The notes beneath the pieces are model-generated. The model saw only the letters and a list, made by a program, of their open reading frames with translations. It was not told the origin of the DNA and searched no databases. A DNA stretch of 64,000 nucleotides from Chromatiales bacterium (lineage in GTDB: Bacteria; Pseudomonadota; Gammaproteobacteria; RBG-16-57-12), in the NCBI GenBank assembly GCA_026989455.1, contig JALSJH010000060.1:695-64694 (forward strand), in the 5' to 3' direction. Shown here piece by piece: positions 1 to 9,852 of this stretch. Position 1 is the first letter of the stretch. Each line of letters begins with the position of its first letter. A program made the translations under genes and the position numbers.

Positions 1-705
1 GGGGAACTGTAGGTCCAGACCACCGCCATGGATGTCGAAATGGTTTCCTAGGCAGCAGGTAGACATGGCTGAACACTCAATATGCCAGCCGGGGCGGCCT
101 GCACCCCAGGGTGATTCCCAGCTTGGCTCACCTGGCTTGGCTGATTTCCACAATACAAAATCCATCGGGTCATTTTTTGACTCATCCACGGCAACCCGTT
201 CACCGGCTCGCAAATCTTCCAGCTGCTTGCCGGAGAGCTGTCCATACCCCTCAAATTTTGAGATGTCGTAGTAGACATCGCCATTTTTTGCGGCATAAGC
301 GACCCCTTTATCAACTAGAACCTGGATCATATCCAGAATCTCTTGCATGTAGTGGGTTGCCCGTGGCTCTTGGTCGGGCGGTAAGATGCCCAGCGCGGCT
401 TCATCTGCCTTCATCTCGGTGATAAAACGCTCGGTCAGTGATGTATAGCGCTCACTATTTTCATTTGCCCGCTTGATTATTTTGTCGTCAATATCCGTCA
501 CATTACGCACATAGGTGACCGCCTCTTTTCCGTAGAGTTGAGAGAGGTAGCGGTAGACTACATCAAACACCACCATCACCCGGGCATGCCCTACATGGCA
601 GTAGTCATACACGGTCATACCACAGACATAGAGCCTGACATTGTTGGGGTCGATGGGTTGAAAGGGCTCTTTTTTACGACTCAAGTTGTTGTGTATTTGC
701 AGCAT
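1..705 (-). CDS. cysS: Cysteinyl-tRNA synthetase, N-terminal 235 codons. The gene runs off the left edge and is absent from the ORF track because it has no stop inside the window.
   Basis: My own reverse-strand translation from ATG 705-703 reads [43 protein letters not shown]...[38 protein letters not shown]...[10 protein letters not shown]. It has a class I HIGH-type motif (CHVGHAR) and the CysS-typical [12 protein letters not shown] segment, and the frame is open to position 1. It is divergent from ppiA/ppiB/lpxH. Confidence 0.9.
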   Translation of the reverse strand, partial: MLQIHNNLSRKKEPFQPIDPNNVRLYVCGMTVYDYCHVGHARVMVVFDVVYRYLSQLYGKEAVTYVRNVTDIDDKIIKRANENSERYTSLTERFITEMKADEAALGILPPDQEPRATHYMQEILDMIQVLVDKGVAYAAKNGDVYYDISKFEGYGQLSGKQLEDLRAGERVAVDESKNDPMDFVLWKSAKPGEPSWESPWGAGRPGWHIECSAMSTCCLGNHFDIHGGGLDLQFP

Positions 706-800
706 CGGGAAGCGGTTCCGTTAGTTGGCTTGGATGAGCGGCTTTTGTATCAAGCCGAAAAGCTTTATATTATGCCCTACTTATTAATTAGGATGTAGCG

Positions 801-1373
801 ATGAAACTATTAATTTCAGCCATTCTGGCATCATGCCTGTTCATTTCTGGCTCGGTACTGGCTGCCGAGAACCCTCGGGTTAAAATAGAGACCAATCTCG
901 GTGATATTGTGTTGGAGCTCAATGCAGAAAAGGCTCCCAAAACAGTTGAGAACTTTTTACGTTATGTTGATGAGGGGCACTATCAGGGCACCATTTTTCA
1001 CCGAGTGATCGCTAATTTTATGATTCAGGGCGGTGGATTTACCACTGACTACAGTAAAAAACCGACCCATGCGCCAATTGAAAACGAAGCCTATAACGGT
1101 CTGCGCAATGAACGAGGTTCGATTGCTATGGCGCGTACTGGCGAGCCTCACTCGGCAACGGCTCAGTTTTTTATTAATGTGCTCGATAACGGATCGCTTA
1201 ACTACCGCAGCAAAACAGCTCGCGGCTGGGGCTATACTGTCTTTGGTAAAGTGGTTGAAGGGATGAACACTGTGGATAAAATCCGCGATGTACGGACCGG
1301 TAGCGGCGGCCCATTCCGCAGCGATGCGCCACAAGATAAAGTAATTATCGAAAACGTCACGCTCATTAATTAA
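801..1373 (+). CDS. ppiA: Periplasmic peptidyl-prolyl cis-trans isomerase (cyclophilin type)
   Basis: 190 aa with signal peptide [21 protein letters not shown] and cyclophilin core [15 protein letters not shown]...[20 protein letters not shown] start with AGGA upstream. Confidence 0.9.
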   Translation: MKLLISAILASCLFISGSVLAAENPRVKIETNLGDIVLELNAEKAPKTVENFLRYVDEGHYQGTIFHRVIANFMIQGGGFTTDYSKKPTHAPIENEAYNGLRNERGSIAMARTGEPHSATAQFFINVLDNGSLNYRSKTARGWGYTVFGKVVEGMNTVDKIRDVRTGSGGPFRSDAPQDKVIIENVTLIN

Positions 1374-1387
1374 TACAGGTAGAAATA

Positions 1388-1891
1388 ATGATTAAGATCA
1401 ATACTAATAAAGGCAGCTTCACACTGGAGCTGGATGCAGAAAAAGCCCCTAAAACCGTTGAAAACTTCATTCAATACGCCAAAGATGGCTTCTACGATGG
1501 CACCATCTTCCACCGTGTTATCAAGGGATTTATGGTTCAGGGCGGCGGCATGGAGCCGGGTATGCAGCAGAAAAAAACCAACGCCACCATCGAAAATGAA
1601 GCGGACAATGGTCTGACCAATGAGATCGGCACCGTTGCCATGGCGCGCACCCCCGACCCACACTCTGCTAGCTCACAGTTTTTCATTAATGTTGCCAACA
1701 ACAGCTTTCTTAACTTTAGCTCGGCAACCGCCGAGGGATATGGCTACTGTGTGTTTGGCAAAATAGTGGATGGCATGGATATTATCTCTGAGATTGAGGG
1801 TGTTGAAACAGGAACCGTTGCAGGGCATCAAAATGTACCTGTTGACGATGTTATTATCGAAAGTATCGATATTATTGAGTCTGCTGACTAA
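1388..1891 (+). CDS. ppiB: Cytoplasmic peptidyl-prolyl cis-trans isomerase (cyclophilin type)
   Basis: 167 aa, no signal peptide. Cyclophilin core FHRVIKGFMVQGGG...MARTPDPHSASSQFFIN. Paralogous to the preceding gene. Confidence 0.9.
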   Translation: MIKINTNKGSFTLELDAEKAPKTVENFIQYAKDGFYDGTIFHRVIKGFMVQGGGMEPGMQQKKTNATIENEADNGLTNEIGTVAMARTPDPHSASSQFFINVANNSFLNFSSATAEGYGYCVFGKIVDGMDIISEIEGVETGTVAGHQNVPVDDVIIESIDIIESAD

Positions 1892-2607
1892 TGGCCGACT
1901 ATTTCGTCTCTGATCTGCATTTGGGGCCGCAACAGCCCCATCTTACAGCGCTCTTCGTGCGTTTCCTGAATAGCCGCGCCCGTGATGCTAAGCGGCTCTT
2001 TATTTTGGGTGACCTTTTTGAGTATTGGCTGGGTGATGATGCCATACACCCCCACTACCAGCCGGTTCTTAACGCACTGAAAGCGCTTAGCTCCAGCGGC
2101 GTTGAGGTTCTCTTTATGCGAGGTAATCGTGACTTTTTGGTGGGGCAACAGTTTGCTGAGCTGACGGGGGCCACGCTGCTGGATGACCCCTGTGTATTTG
2201 AAGTAGCGGGTGAGGCGACACTACTTAGTCACGGTGATATTTTTTGTAGTGATGATACAACCTATCAACAATTTCGTGCCTTGGTCAGAAGCCCGCAATG
2301 GCAGGCTGATTTTCTCTCAAAATCGATTGAAGAGCGGATGCAGGTCGCAGAGCAGGCGCGCAACGCCAGCCGCGAAGCGACCCAAGAGAAGAGTGATGCC
2401 ATAATGGATGTCAATCTACAGGATGTCAGTGAGTGCATGCAAAAACACCAAGTCTCACGCTTAATTCACGGCCATACCCACCGGCCCGCCCAACACACAC
2501 TTGAGATAGATGGCCAGCGCTGCCAGCGGATCGTATTGGCCGACTGGGGAGATCATGGACATCTGCTTATCTGTGATGAGCAATGCACCACCGAGACGTT
2601 AAATTAA
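1891..2607 (+). CDS. lpxH: UDP-2,3-diacylglucosamine diphosphatase (lipid A biosynthesis)
   Basis: 238 aa with metallophosphoesterase motifs SDLHLG, GDLFEYW, GNRDF, HGHTHRP. TAATG stop/start overlap with ppiB, and ppiB-lpxH synteny. Confidence 0.9.
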   Translation: MADYFVSDLHLGPQQPHLTALFVRFLNSRARDAKRLFILGDLFEYWLGDDAIHPHYQPVLNALKALSSSGVEVLFMRGNRDFLVGQQFAELTGATLLDDPCVFEVAGEATLLSHGDIFCSDDTTYQQFRALVRSPQWQADFLSKSIEERMQVAEQARNASREATQEKSDAIMDVNLQDVSECMQKHQVSRLIHGHTHRPAQHTLEIDGQRCQRIVLADWGDHGHLLICDEQCTTETLN

Positions 2608-2619
2608 CCCACTGCGCCG

Positions 2620-5367
2620 TTATGAATTGTCCGGGTTAGCCCGGATATTTCTCGGTAAGCCATAGCGCCACCACTTCTCAATGCCCACCACGGTATAGAT
2701 CAACACCCCGCCCCCCAGCACCCACAGCCATTCGGTAATGCCGATAGGCGCACTGCCAAACAGCTTATTTAGAATGGGCGAGTAGGTAAATAGAAGTTGT
2801 AACAGCACCATCAGCACCACACCAGCCACCAGCCAACGATTGGAGAAAACCCCCAGTTTAAACATTGAATAACGCAGTGAGCGGCAGTTGAATAGATAGA
2901 AAGTCTGGCCAAATATAAACATATTAACCGCAACGGTACGCGCTGTTTCGATGCTACCACCTTGTCGCAGGGTTAATTCAAACAATCCAAAAGCCCCCAG
3001 CAATAGCATCAGACCCACGATGCCAATGCGCACCCCTAGCTCTCGAGTGAGCACCGGGGTATTGGGTCGTCGCGGTGGGCGCGCCATAATGCCCGGCTCC
3101 TTGTTTTCAAAGGCTAGCATCATCCCTAACAGCAGTGCGGTGGTCATGTTGATCCAGAGAATCTGCACCGGTGTCACCGGCAGGGAGATACCGGCAATAA
3201 TCGCCACCAGAATTACTGAGCCCTGACCGACATTGGTGGGTAGCGTCCAGGTGATAAATTTAACCAGGTTATCAAATACCGCCCGACCCTCCTCCACCGC
3301 CGCCTCGATGGTGGAGAAGTTATCATCCGTTAACACCATATCCGCCGCCTCTTTTGCCACCTCGGTACCCGCCACCCCCATGGCGATACCGATATCAGCC
3401 TGTTTAAGTGCCGGTGCATCATTAACACCATCACCCGTCATGGCCACCACATGGCCACTGGCTTGTAGCGCCTCTACCAAGCGAAGTTTCTGCTCCGGGG
3501 AGACTCTGGCAAAGACTGAGACCCGCTCGGCAACCGCCAACAACTCGTGATCCGGCAATTCTGAGAGCATATGGCCGCTCATGGCAAAGTGCTCATGCTC
3601 GCCCTCCGTCACACCCTGCAAACCAATCTGCTGGGCAATCGCGGCGGCGGTTGCCACATGGTCACCGGTAATCATTTTGACCTGAATCCCTGCTCGCTGA
3701 CAGGCTTGCACCGCGCTGATCGCCTCTACTCTGGGAGGATCCATCATCGCCTGTAGCCCCAAAAAGGTGAGTCCTTCTGCCACATCAGCGTGACTTACCG
3801 AGACGGTTGAGGCGTTAACACGCTTGCTGGCAAAGGCTAATATACGCAGTCCGCTGGCGGCCATCATCTCCATCTCATGGTGAATGGCAGCCTGATCAAG
3901 GGGTAGCTCTTCACCATGAGAGCCGGCGTAACAAGCACAACCGGCCACTACCTTTTCTACCGACCCTTTCAGATAGATGATCGCGCCGTCATCATCCAGA
4001 TCATGCAGTGTCGCCATATATTGATGCTGCGACTCAAACGGCAGGGTGTCACGGCGCGGTAGTTGCTGCTCTACCGTTTCACGAACCAGCCCCGCTTTTG
4101 CGGCCGCAACAATCAAAGCCGCCTCGGTGGGGTCGCCCTCAATCTGCCATTCACCTTCGCTATTAAATATCCGTGAATCATTGCAGAGCAGTCCCGCTAT
4201 CAAGCACTGCTCTAGGGCGGGTTGTCTCTTCAGGTTAATCGCCACCCCATTGAGCAACAGCTCCCCTTGCGGGGCATACCCTACCCCGGAGAGGTGAAAA
4301 CCCCGTCCCGCCGCAAAGAGCTGCTGCACTGTCATCTGATTTTGTGTCAGGGTGCCGGTTTTATCAGAGCAGATCACCGTGGTACTACCCAGGGTTTCCA
4401 CTGCGGGCATCTTGCGAATGATGGCATGACTGCGCGCCATTTTGTTCACACCAATCGCCAGCATAATGGTCATCGCCGCTGGCAATCCTTCGGGTATCGC
4501 CGCCACGGCAAGTGCCACCGCCGCCATAAAAGTATCCAGCAACGACTCACCACGTAACCAGCCGGCCAGTAGCGTAAAAGTGGCCAGAATTAAAATAACC
4601 CGCAGTAGAATGCTGCTGAAATGGGTTATTTTTTTGGTCAACGGTGTCGCCAACGTGTCGGCACTGGCAATCAGTGTATTGATGTAGCCTATTTCAGTAT
4701 CATCACCGGTGGCGACCACAATACCCGTTGCGGTGCCGTAACTAACCAGCGTTGATGAATAGGCGATGTTGATGCGATCCGCCAGCGGTGTCTCCCGAGC
4801 CAGTTGCCGGGGCTGCTTCTGCGCCGGAACCGACTCCCCAGTTAGCGCCGACTCATCAATTTGCAACTCGCGGGTCGATAATAGCCGCAGGTCGGCAGGC
4901 ACTCGATCCCCCGATTGCAAAAAGACCACATCCCCTGGCACCAGCTCGGCGGCGGCGATTTGCACTCTCTCCCCCGCTCTTAGCACCGTGGCACTCCCCT
5001 CCAAGGTGCAGGTGAGCGCTTCAATCGCTTTTAACGCTTTTGACTCTTGAACATAGCCAATAACTGCATTGATCAGCACCACCCCAAAAATCACACCGCT
5101 ATCTACCCACGCTTGCAGTAAAAAAGTGATCAGTGCCGCACCCAGCAGGATGTAGACCAGTGGTTGGTTAAACTGCAACAGGAATAGAATGAAGGGGGAT
5201 TTACCCTTTTTAAGGGTCAGGCGATTCTCACCATAATGGGCTTGCCGGTGCGCTACCTCAAAGATATCTAACCCTTTGCTTGCATCCACCTCCAGCAGGG
5301 TCGTTACCTCATCATCAGGCAGGTGGTGCCAATGTTTTGAAAGTAAACTCTCCACCTTCTTCCTCAT
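2620..5367 (-). CDS. P2-type cation-translocating P-type ATPase (Ca2+/Na+-type; ion not assignable from sequence alone)
   Basis: 915 aa with LTGES actuator motif, DKTGTLT phosphorylation site, PEGLP in TM4, TGDGVNDAPALK hinge and a Cation_ATPase_N-like N-terminus. The ATG at 5367 lies 3 nt after the stop of the upstream Mrp-like gene. Confidence 0.9.
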   Translation of the reverse strand: MRKKVESLLSKHWHHLPDDEVTTLLEVDASKGLDIFEVAHRQAHYGENRLTLKKGKSPFILFLLQFNQPLVYILLGAALITFLLQAWVDSGVIFGVVLINAVIGYVQESKALKAIEALTCTLEGSATVLRAGERVQIAAAELVPGDVVFLQSGDRVPADLRLLSTRELQIDESALTGESVPAQKQPRQLARETPLADRINIAYSSTLVSYGTATGIVVATGDDTEIGYINTLIASADTLATPLTKKITHFSSILLRVILILATFTLLAGWLRGESLLDTFMAAVALAVAAIPEGLPAAMTIMLAIGVNKMARSHAIIRKMPAVETLGSTTVICSDKTGTLTQNQMTVQQLFAAGRGFHLSGVGYAPQGELLLNGVAINLKRQPALEQCLIAGLLCNDSRIFNSEGEWQIEGDPTEAALIVAAAKAGLVRETVEQQLPRRDTLPFESQHQYMATLHDLDDDGAIIYLKGSVEKVVAGCACYAGSHGEELPLDQAAIHHEMEMMAASGLRILAFASKRVNASTVSVSHADVAEGLTFLGLQAMMDPPRVEAISAVQACQRAGIQVKMITGDHVATAAAIAQQIGLQGVTEGEHEHFAMSGHMLSELPDHELLAVAERVSVFARVSPEQKLRLVEALQASGHVVAMTGDGVNDAPALKQADIGIAMGVAGTEVAKEAADMVLTDDNFSTIEAAVEEGRAVFDNLVKFITWTLPTNVGQGSVILVAIIAGISLPVTPVQILWINMTTALLLGMMLAFENKEPGIMARPPRRPNTPVLTRELGVRIGIVGLMLLLGAFGLFELTLRQGGSIETARTVAVNMFIFGQTFYLFNCRSLRYSMFKLGVFSNRWLVAGVVLMVLLQLLFTYSPILNKLFGSAPIGITEWLWVLGGGVLIYTVVGIEKWWRYGLPRNIRANPDNS

Positions 5368-5370
5368 TAA

Positions 5371-6597
5371 TTAATTAACCAGCCAGGCCAGGGCAATACC
5401 CAGCAATACAAATAGTGTGGTCGCGTTACGCCAATTACTAAGCAACCCGATTAAATCCCGCCGCTCTAACCCGTTCTGTAGCTGTTTTGCTCTCTGCAAT
5501 CCCGCTTTATAACAAAGAGAATACCCGGCAAACAGCTTGCAGGATAAAGAGCTGCAACCGATCCACATTCTACCCATCCAGAGGGCAGAGTCGCCCGATT
5601 GCGATGGTGATGCAGGCGGTGGCCGCAGTAGGGCCACCATTAATAAAATAACAGCGACTGCCGCAATCAGGGGGTAGATGAGCGTGCCGTATTGCAACCA
5701 CCACAGCGGCTCGATCAAACCCACGCCTACCGAGGCGATTACCCATCCACTGGCAAACAGGCTTAGCCAAGCGAGACGCTCACCCTGCACCGGGCGCTGC
5801 ACAAATCGCCACCCTGCATACAGTATAGAAGCTCCTGCGGTGATCAAAATCAGCAGCCCCGCCACCCCATCATCAACATGACCCAGTGGCAACCAACGCA
5901 GCAGTGCAAACAGTGCCATCACAACCGGCAGCACCAGCAGCAGCGCAGAGAGTGGGCTAGCCGCTCGATAACTGGCATTGAGCCAAAAATGGGCAGGCCA
6001 GATGCCTGCTTTTAGAACAACTGCACCACACACCATCAATAGATAGAGCCTGCTCACCTCCATCTGCGGGTTAAACGCCGAGAGTAACAGCGCCTCAAAC
6101 AGCAGCAGATCGGCAATAATCAGGCAGATTAGATAGCTGCGCGCCCCCCGCCGAACGGCTTCAAGCGGTTTACTCTGACCCCAGAGTAATAGCCCGTAAA
6201 AGCTATATCCCATTAAGGTCGCAAAGCTGAAAAACCCGACCCTGTCGCTGGCCATAACCATCCCCAGAGTGCCTGCCAGGGTGAGTAGATAGAAGGTATT
6301 TTGCCCATGGGGTGTTGTGTGTGGCGTGGCACGGCGCTTCATCGCGACCAGTGCCCAGATGAGAACTACCGTTGCCAATATCCAGCGACGCTCGCCATCA
6401 ATACTCACCCCCGTGCCCAACAGCAACCAGGAGAGTGTTGAACTGAAATCCATGGGTAACAACAGCAATAACAACGCGGGCAGTATCGCAAAGTAATCAG
6501 CCATGGGCAGGCAACGCCGCACAGCGGGTATCGCCAGCAACAGCGGCCAGCCCACAACAATCCACAACAGAGCACCATAAGGATCACTGTTCATCAT
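5371..6597 (-). CDS. Divergent/degenerate antiporter-like (NuoL/M/N-MrpA/D superfamily) membrane subunit
   Basis: 408 aa from ATG 6597, which makes an ATGA overlap with the upstream stop. Polytopic. VLKAGIWPAHFWLNASYRAASPLSALL is a degraded copy of the K..L.P.H.WLP.A....P.SALL motif that is intact in the two upstream paralogs. Confidence 0.55.
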   Translation of the reverse strand: MMNSDPYGALLWIVVGWPLLLAIPAVRRCLPMADYFAILPALLLLLLPMDFSSTLSWLLLGTGVSIDGERRWILATVVLIWALVAMKRRATPHTTPHGQNTFYLLTLAGTLGMVMASDRVGFFSFATLMGYSFYGLLLWGQSKPLEAVRRGARSYLICLIIADLLLFEALLLSAFNPQMEVSRLYLLMVCGAVVLKAGIWPAHFWLNASYRAASPLSALLLVLPVVMALFALLRWLPLGHVDDGVAGLLILITAGASILYAGWRFVQRPVQGERLAWLSLFASGWVIASVGVGLIEPLWWLQYGTLIYPLIAAVAVILLMVALLRPPPASPSQSGDSALWMGRMWIGCSSLSCKLFAGYSLCYKAGLQRAKQLQNGLERRDLIGLLSNWRNATTLFVLLGIALAWLVN

Positions 6598-8090
6598 GGT
6601 ACAAACTCCCGCTGCACCACAAACTCTACCCACGCCAAAGGGGTGAAAGGAGCCAGTGCCAATAGCCCAACAGCCAGCGCCAGCAGCGCCGTCACCACAG
6701 GTGGCAACAGCAGTGCCCAGGCGGTCTCTTTACGCCCGAAATTACGCTCCTCTGGCCATGGGCCAGAGGGTTCACAAAACCAAGCGGCGTACAAGATGGG
6801 AAGAAAATAGGCGGCATTAAGCAGACTGCTGGCGGCCAATACCAGAATCAGCCAGCCCTGATCCATCTCCAACGCTCCCATGCCCAGATACCACTTACTG
6901 ATAAAACCGGCCACGGGTGGTGCGCCAATCATGCCAAAAACACCCACCGTGAACGCCGCCATGGTCCACGGCATACGCCGCCCCACGCCGTTCATCTCAC
7001 TCACCTTGTGAATACCCAGGGTCTCTGCCAAGTTACCGGCACAGAAAAACAGCGTAATTTTCATCAACCCCTGATGTACCAGATGCACCATGCCACCCAC
7101 TGCGGCAATCGGCCCGGCAATGGCCACACCCAGCGTGATATAGGCCACTTGACTGACGGTGGAGTACGCCAGCCGACGCTTCAGATCATCCTGAAACAGT
7201 GCCCGCAGTGAGCCGTAAACAATGGTGATTGCAGCCACTATCACCAGCGGCCCGGTTACCCCCAGCAGGGTCGCAAAGTCGACACCGAAAACATCATAAA
7301 CCACGCGAATAATGCCAAATGCACCCGCCTTCACCACCGCCACCGCGTGCAATAAGGCACTCACCGGTGCCGGTGCCACCATCGCCTCGGGCAACCAGCC
7401 GTGCAGCGGCACCAGTGCTGCTTTGACACCTAAGCCCGCAATCAACAGTACAAAAATAATAATAAGTGCCGGATGGTGTTGCTCATCGATGCCATCCAGA
7501 AAGCCCTGCGGGGTGAACTCCAGAGTGCCACTCAAGGTATAGAGCCAGATGATGGCGACCAATAGCAGCGCGCCGCCTGCCATGGTGTAGCGCAGATAGA
7601 TCTTACCCGCACGCCGTGACGCTTCCGTGCCACGGTGCATAATCAACGGGTAAGTCGCTAAGGTCAGAAGCTCGTAGAAGATCAAGAAAGTGATCAAATT
7701 CCCCGCCAGAGCCAGCCCCACCGTGGCGGTAACGCAAAGACTGAAAAAGCCGAAAAAACGACTTCGATTGGGCGAACCTTCCAGGTAACCGATGGCATAG
7801 ACGGTAGTCACCAGCCACAGCACCGAAGAGAGCGTTACAAACAGCAGTGATAGCGCATCCGCCCGCAATACCAACTCAAGTTGCGGTAGCAGCGCCAAGC
7901 GTACTTCATAGTGCTGGCCGTGATATACACCCCACAACATCGCCCCGACCAGCGCCATTTTCAACAGTGCACCACACAGGTTAAGTGTGGTTCGCAACTT
8001 CACCCGCCGCTCGGCCAGCGCAAAAATAATCACGCCCGGTATTAGCGAGCTGGCAATCACCAATAGCGGTAACCAGACACTCTCATTCAT
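6594..8090 (-). CDS. Mrp/Mnh antiporter-like subunit (MrpD/MrpA-N, NuoL/M/N family)
   Basis: 498 aa from internal ATG 8090 (MNESVWLPLL...), giving an ATGA overlap with the upstream stop. The track ORF extends to 8195 inside the upstream gene. Motif GVKAALVPLHGWLPEAMVAPAPVSALLHA. Confidence 0.8.
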   Translation of the reverse strand: MNESVWLPLLVIASSLIPGVIIFALAERRVKLRTTLNLCGALLKMALVGAMLWGVYHGQHYEVRLALLPQLELVLRADALSLLFVTLSSVLWLVTTVYAIGYLEGSPNRSRFFGFFSLCVTATVGLALAGNLITFLIFYELLTLATYPLIMHRGTEASRRAGKIYLRYTMAGGALLLVAIIWLYTLSGTLEFTPQGFLDGIDEQHHPALIIIFVLLIAGLGVKAALVPLHGWLPEAMVAPAPVSALLHAVAVVKAGAFGIIRVVYDVFGVDFATLLGVTGPLVIVAAITIVYGSLRALFQDDLKRRLAYSTVSQVAYITLGVAIAGPIAAVGGMVHLVHQGLMKITLFFCAGNLAETLGIHKVSEMNGVGRRMPWTMAAFTVGVFGMIGAPPVAGFISKWYLGMGALEMDQGWLILVLAASSLLNAAYFLPILYAAWFCEPSGPWPEERNFGRKETAWALLLPPVVTALLALAVGLLALAPFTPLAWVEFVVQREFVP

Positions 8091-9538
8091 GGAGCACCCC
8101 CACCAAAAGGATCGCCAATGCCCAGCAGTGCAAACACCCAGGGGGCGGTAAAGCCCAGCAAGATTGAAGCGATAGCCAGCAGCAGTGCGGCCCACTCCAT
8201 GCCCATGGGGATCGATTGTGGCTCAGGTGTAGCGGTCGATCGGGTAAAGGCGTAACCCACTACCTTAAAGATATAAGCGGATGCCAGCAGGCCACCCACT
8301 ACCATCACCGCCGCCAGCAGCCAATACCCCTGCTCTATTGCCGCCTCTAACAGTAGCCACTTGCCAATAAAGCCACCACTGGGTGGCACCCCCATAATAC
8401 TTACGCCAGCCAAGGCAAAAGCGGCGGTGCTTATGGGAAGGCGCTGCACTGCCCGATCTAGCTCAGCAATTCGATCATGGCCACCAAACAGCAAAAGGTT
8501 ACCCGCCGCCAGAAACATCGCCGCTTTGGCCAATGCGTGGGAGAGCATCAAATAAGAGACTCCGTTCCATAACATCGCTCCAGCTGCCGCTGCCAGTGGA
8601 AATGCCACGAAGAGATAACCAATCTGTGCCACCGTCGAGTAGGCTACCAGTAGTTTAAGACGCGTCTGGCGTAGCGCCTGCCAGGAGCCCCAGAGTATCG
8701 CCACCGCACCAAGTAGCCCCAGCAGCAGTGCCACATCACCACCCAACGGTGCGAACAGCACCAGCCACAAGCGTAAAAAGATATAGAACGAAGCCTTTAC
8801 CAGCAGTGCTGAAAGCAGTGCGCTGATCGGTGCAGGTGCACTGGCGTGGGCGGCTGGCAACCAGAAGTGTAAGGGGAATAGCGCGGTCTTCAGCAGTAAC
8901 CCGGCCCCCATCAAACCCAGCGCCGCCCAAACCACCGGGCTGTTATCAATACGCTCAGCCAGCAGTACAAGATCCACGGTGCCATAGCTGTGGTAGAGCA
9001 GCGCCACGCCCAACAGGTAGGTCAATGAACCCAGCAGTGTGGCCAACAGGTAGCGCATTGCACCATTCAATGCATCACGCCCACCCTTTAAGGCCACCAG
9101 CGCGACCGCCGCCAAGCCCACCATCTCTAGGGTGATATAGAGGTTGAAAATATCAGCGGATAAAAACAGCGCATTTAATGCCGCCAACAGCAGCAGCCAC
9201 AGCGGCCAAAACACCCGCGCCTGTTTTTGGTTGAAGTAGCTCCGCGCATAGAGGGTGATCGCTAACCCCACCAGCACGGTCATTGCCAACATCAACAAGC
9301 TCAGGCCATCACCATAGAGACCGATCCCCAGCGGCGTTTCCCACCCTCCTACTGCATGCTGGTAGAGACCTTCACGCTGTAGTTGCCAAGCAAAACCCCC
9401 TACCGCTAGCGTCAGTAGCAGCATCGTTACCACACCCGTCACCACCGCCAGTTTGGGCCAAACAAAACAGAGTATGGCGGCGGCTAATGGCAATAGAATC
9501 AACAGCGCACCCCAGGGAATCTCACTGCTCGGCACCAC
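8087..9538 (-). CDS. Mrp/Mnh antiporter-like subunit (MrpD/MrpA-N, NuoL/M/N family)
   Basis: 483 aa with a GTG start at 9538, 5 nt after the mrpC stop. Motif LLKTALFPLHFWLPAAHASAPAPISALLSA. Confidence 0.8.
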   Translation of the reverse strand: MVPSSEIPWGALLILLPLAAAILCFVWPKLAVVTGVVTMLLLTLAVGGFAWQLQREGLYQHAVGGWETPLGIGLYGDGLSLLMLAMTVLVGLAITLYARSYFNQKQARVFWPLWLLLLAALNALFLSADIFNLYITLEMVGLAAVALVALKGGRDALNGAMRYLLATLLGSLTYLLGVALLYHSYGTVDLVLLAERIDNSPVVWAALGLMGAGLLLKTALFPLHFWLPAAHASAPAPISALLSALLVKASFYIFLRLWLVLFAPLGGDVALLLGLLGAVAILWGSWQALRQTRLKLLVAYSTVAQIGYLFVAFPLAAAAGAMLWNGVSYLMLSHALAKAAMFLAAGNLLLFGGHDRIAELDRAVQRLPISTAAFALAGVSIMGVPPSGGFIGKWLLLEAAIEQGYWLLAAVMVVGGLLASAYIFKVVGYAFTRSTATPEPQSIPMGMEWAALLLAIASILLGFTAPWVFALLGIGDPFGGGAP

Positions 9539-9543
9539 TATCG

Positions 9544-9852
9544 CTACTCCTGTGATTGGTCAGACAACTCGGCGCGGTGGTTTTCCATGGCTACCCGCAC
9601 CATCAAAGTGAGCGCCAAAGCCGTCGCAGCAACGGTAACCACAATTCCGGTAATCACCATGGCGTGGGGAACCGCATCGGGTAGCGGTGTAGCGGTGCGT
9701 TTTGCCAGTGCAATCAACAGCAGAAACACCCCGCTGCCCATCACATTAATTGCCAGAATTTTTCGCAACAGGTGGGCGTGCACAATCAGCGCGTACAACC
9801 CGAGAGAGAAGAGCCCGATACCCACCAGGGAATAGAGGAGAGCGGTATTCAT
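9544..9852 (-). CDS. mrpC: Mrp/Mnh subunit C (NuoK-like)
   Basis: 102 aa with three TM helices, MNTALLYSLVGIGLFSLGLYALI...INVMGSGVFLLLIALA. ATGA overlap with the mrpB stop. Confidence 0.8.
   Translation of the reverse strand: MNTALLYSLVGIGLFSLGLYALIVHAHLLRKILAINVMGSGVFLLLIALAKRTATPLPDAVPHAMVITGIVVTVAATALALTLMVRVAMENHRAELSDQSQE

Noticed and set aside
32-798. Track ORFs 32-271(+), 48-314(-), 111-422(+) and 538-798(+) at the left edge
   Set aside because: All overlap the open reverse-strand frame that translates into an unmistakable CysS N-terminus (1-705). They have no recognisable motifs and are out-of-frame or antisense shadows.
6169-6184. 16-nt identity (tttactctgaccccag) between the coding sequence at 6169-6184 and the right arm of the 54665-54715 hairpin (54702-54717)
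   Set aside because: About one 16-mer coincidence is expected in all-against-all comparison of 64 kb on both strands. The match does not extend, and the first copy lies inside a coding frame.
8091-8195. Long N-terminal extensions in track ORFs: 8195, 6633, 10862, 11095, 13196, 24349, 46591, 58520, 59004, 61468, 43713
   Set aside because: The extensions overlap the upstream gene or begin at GTG/TTG without an SD. Internal ATGs give ATGA/TGATG coupling, canonical N-termini (MRIGHG for IspF, the enolase start) or proper signal peptides.
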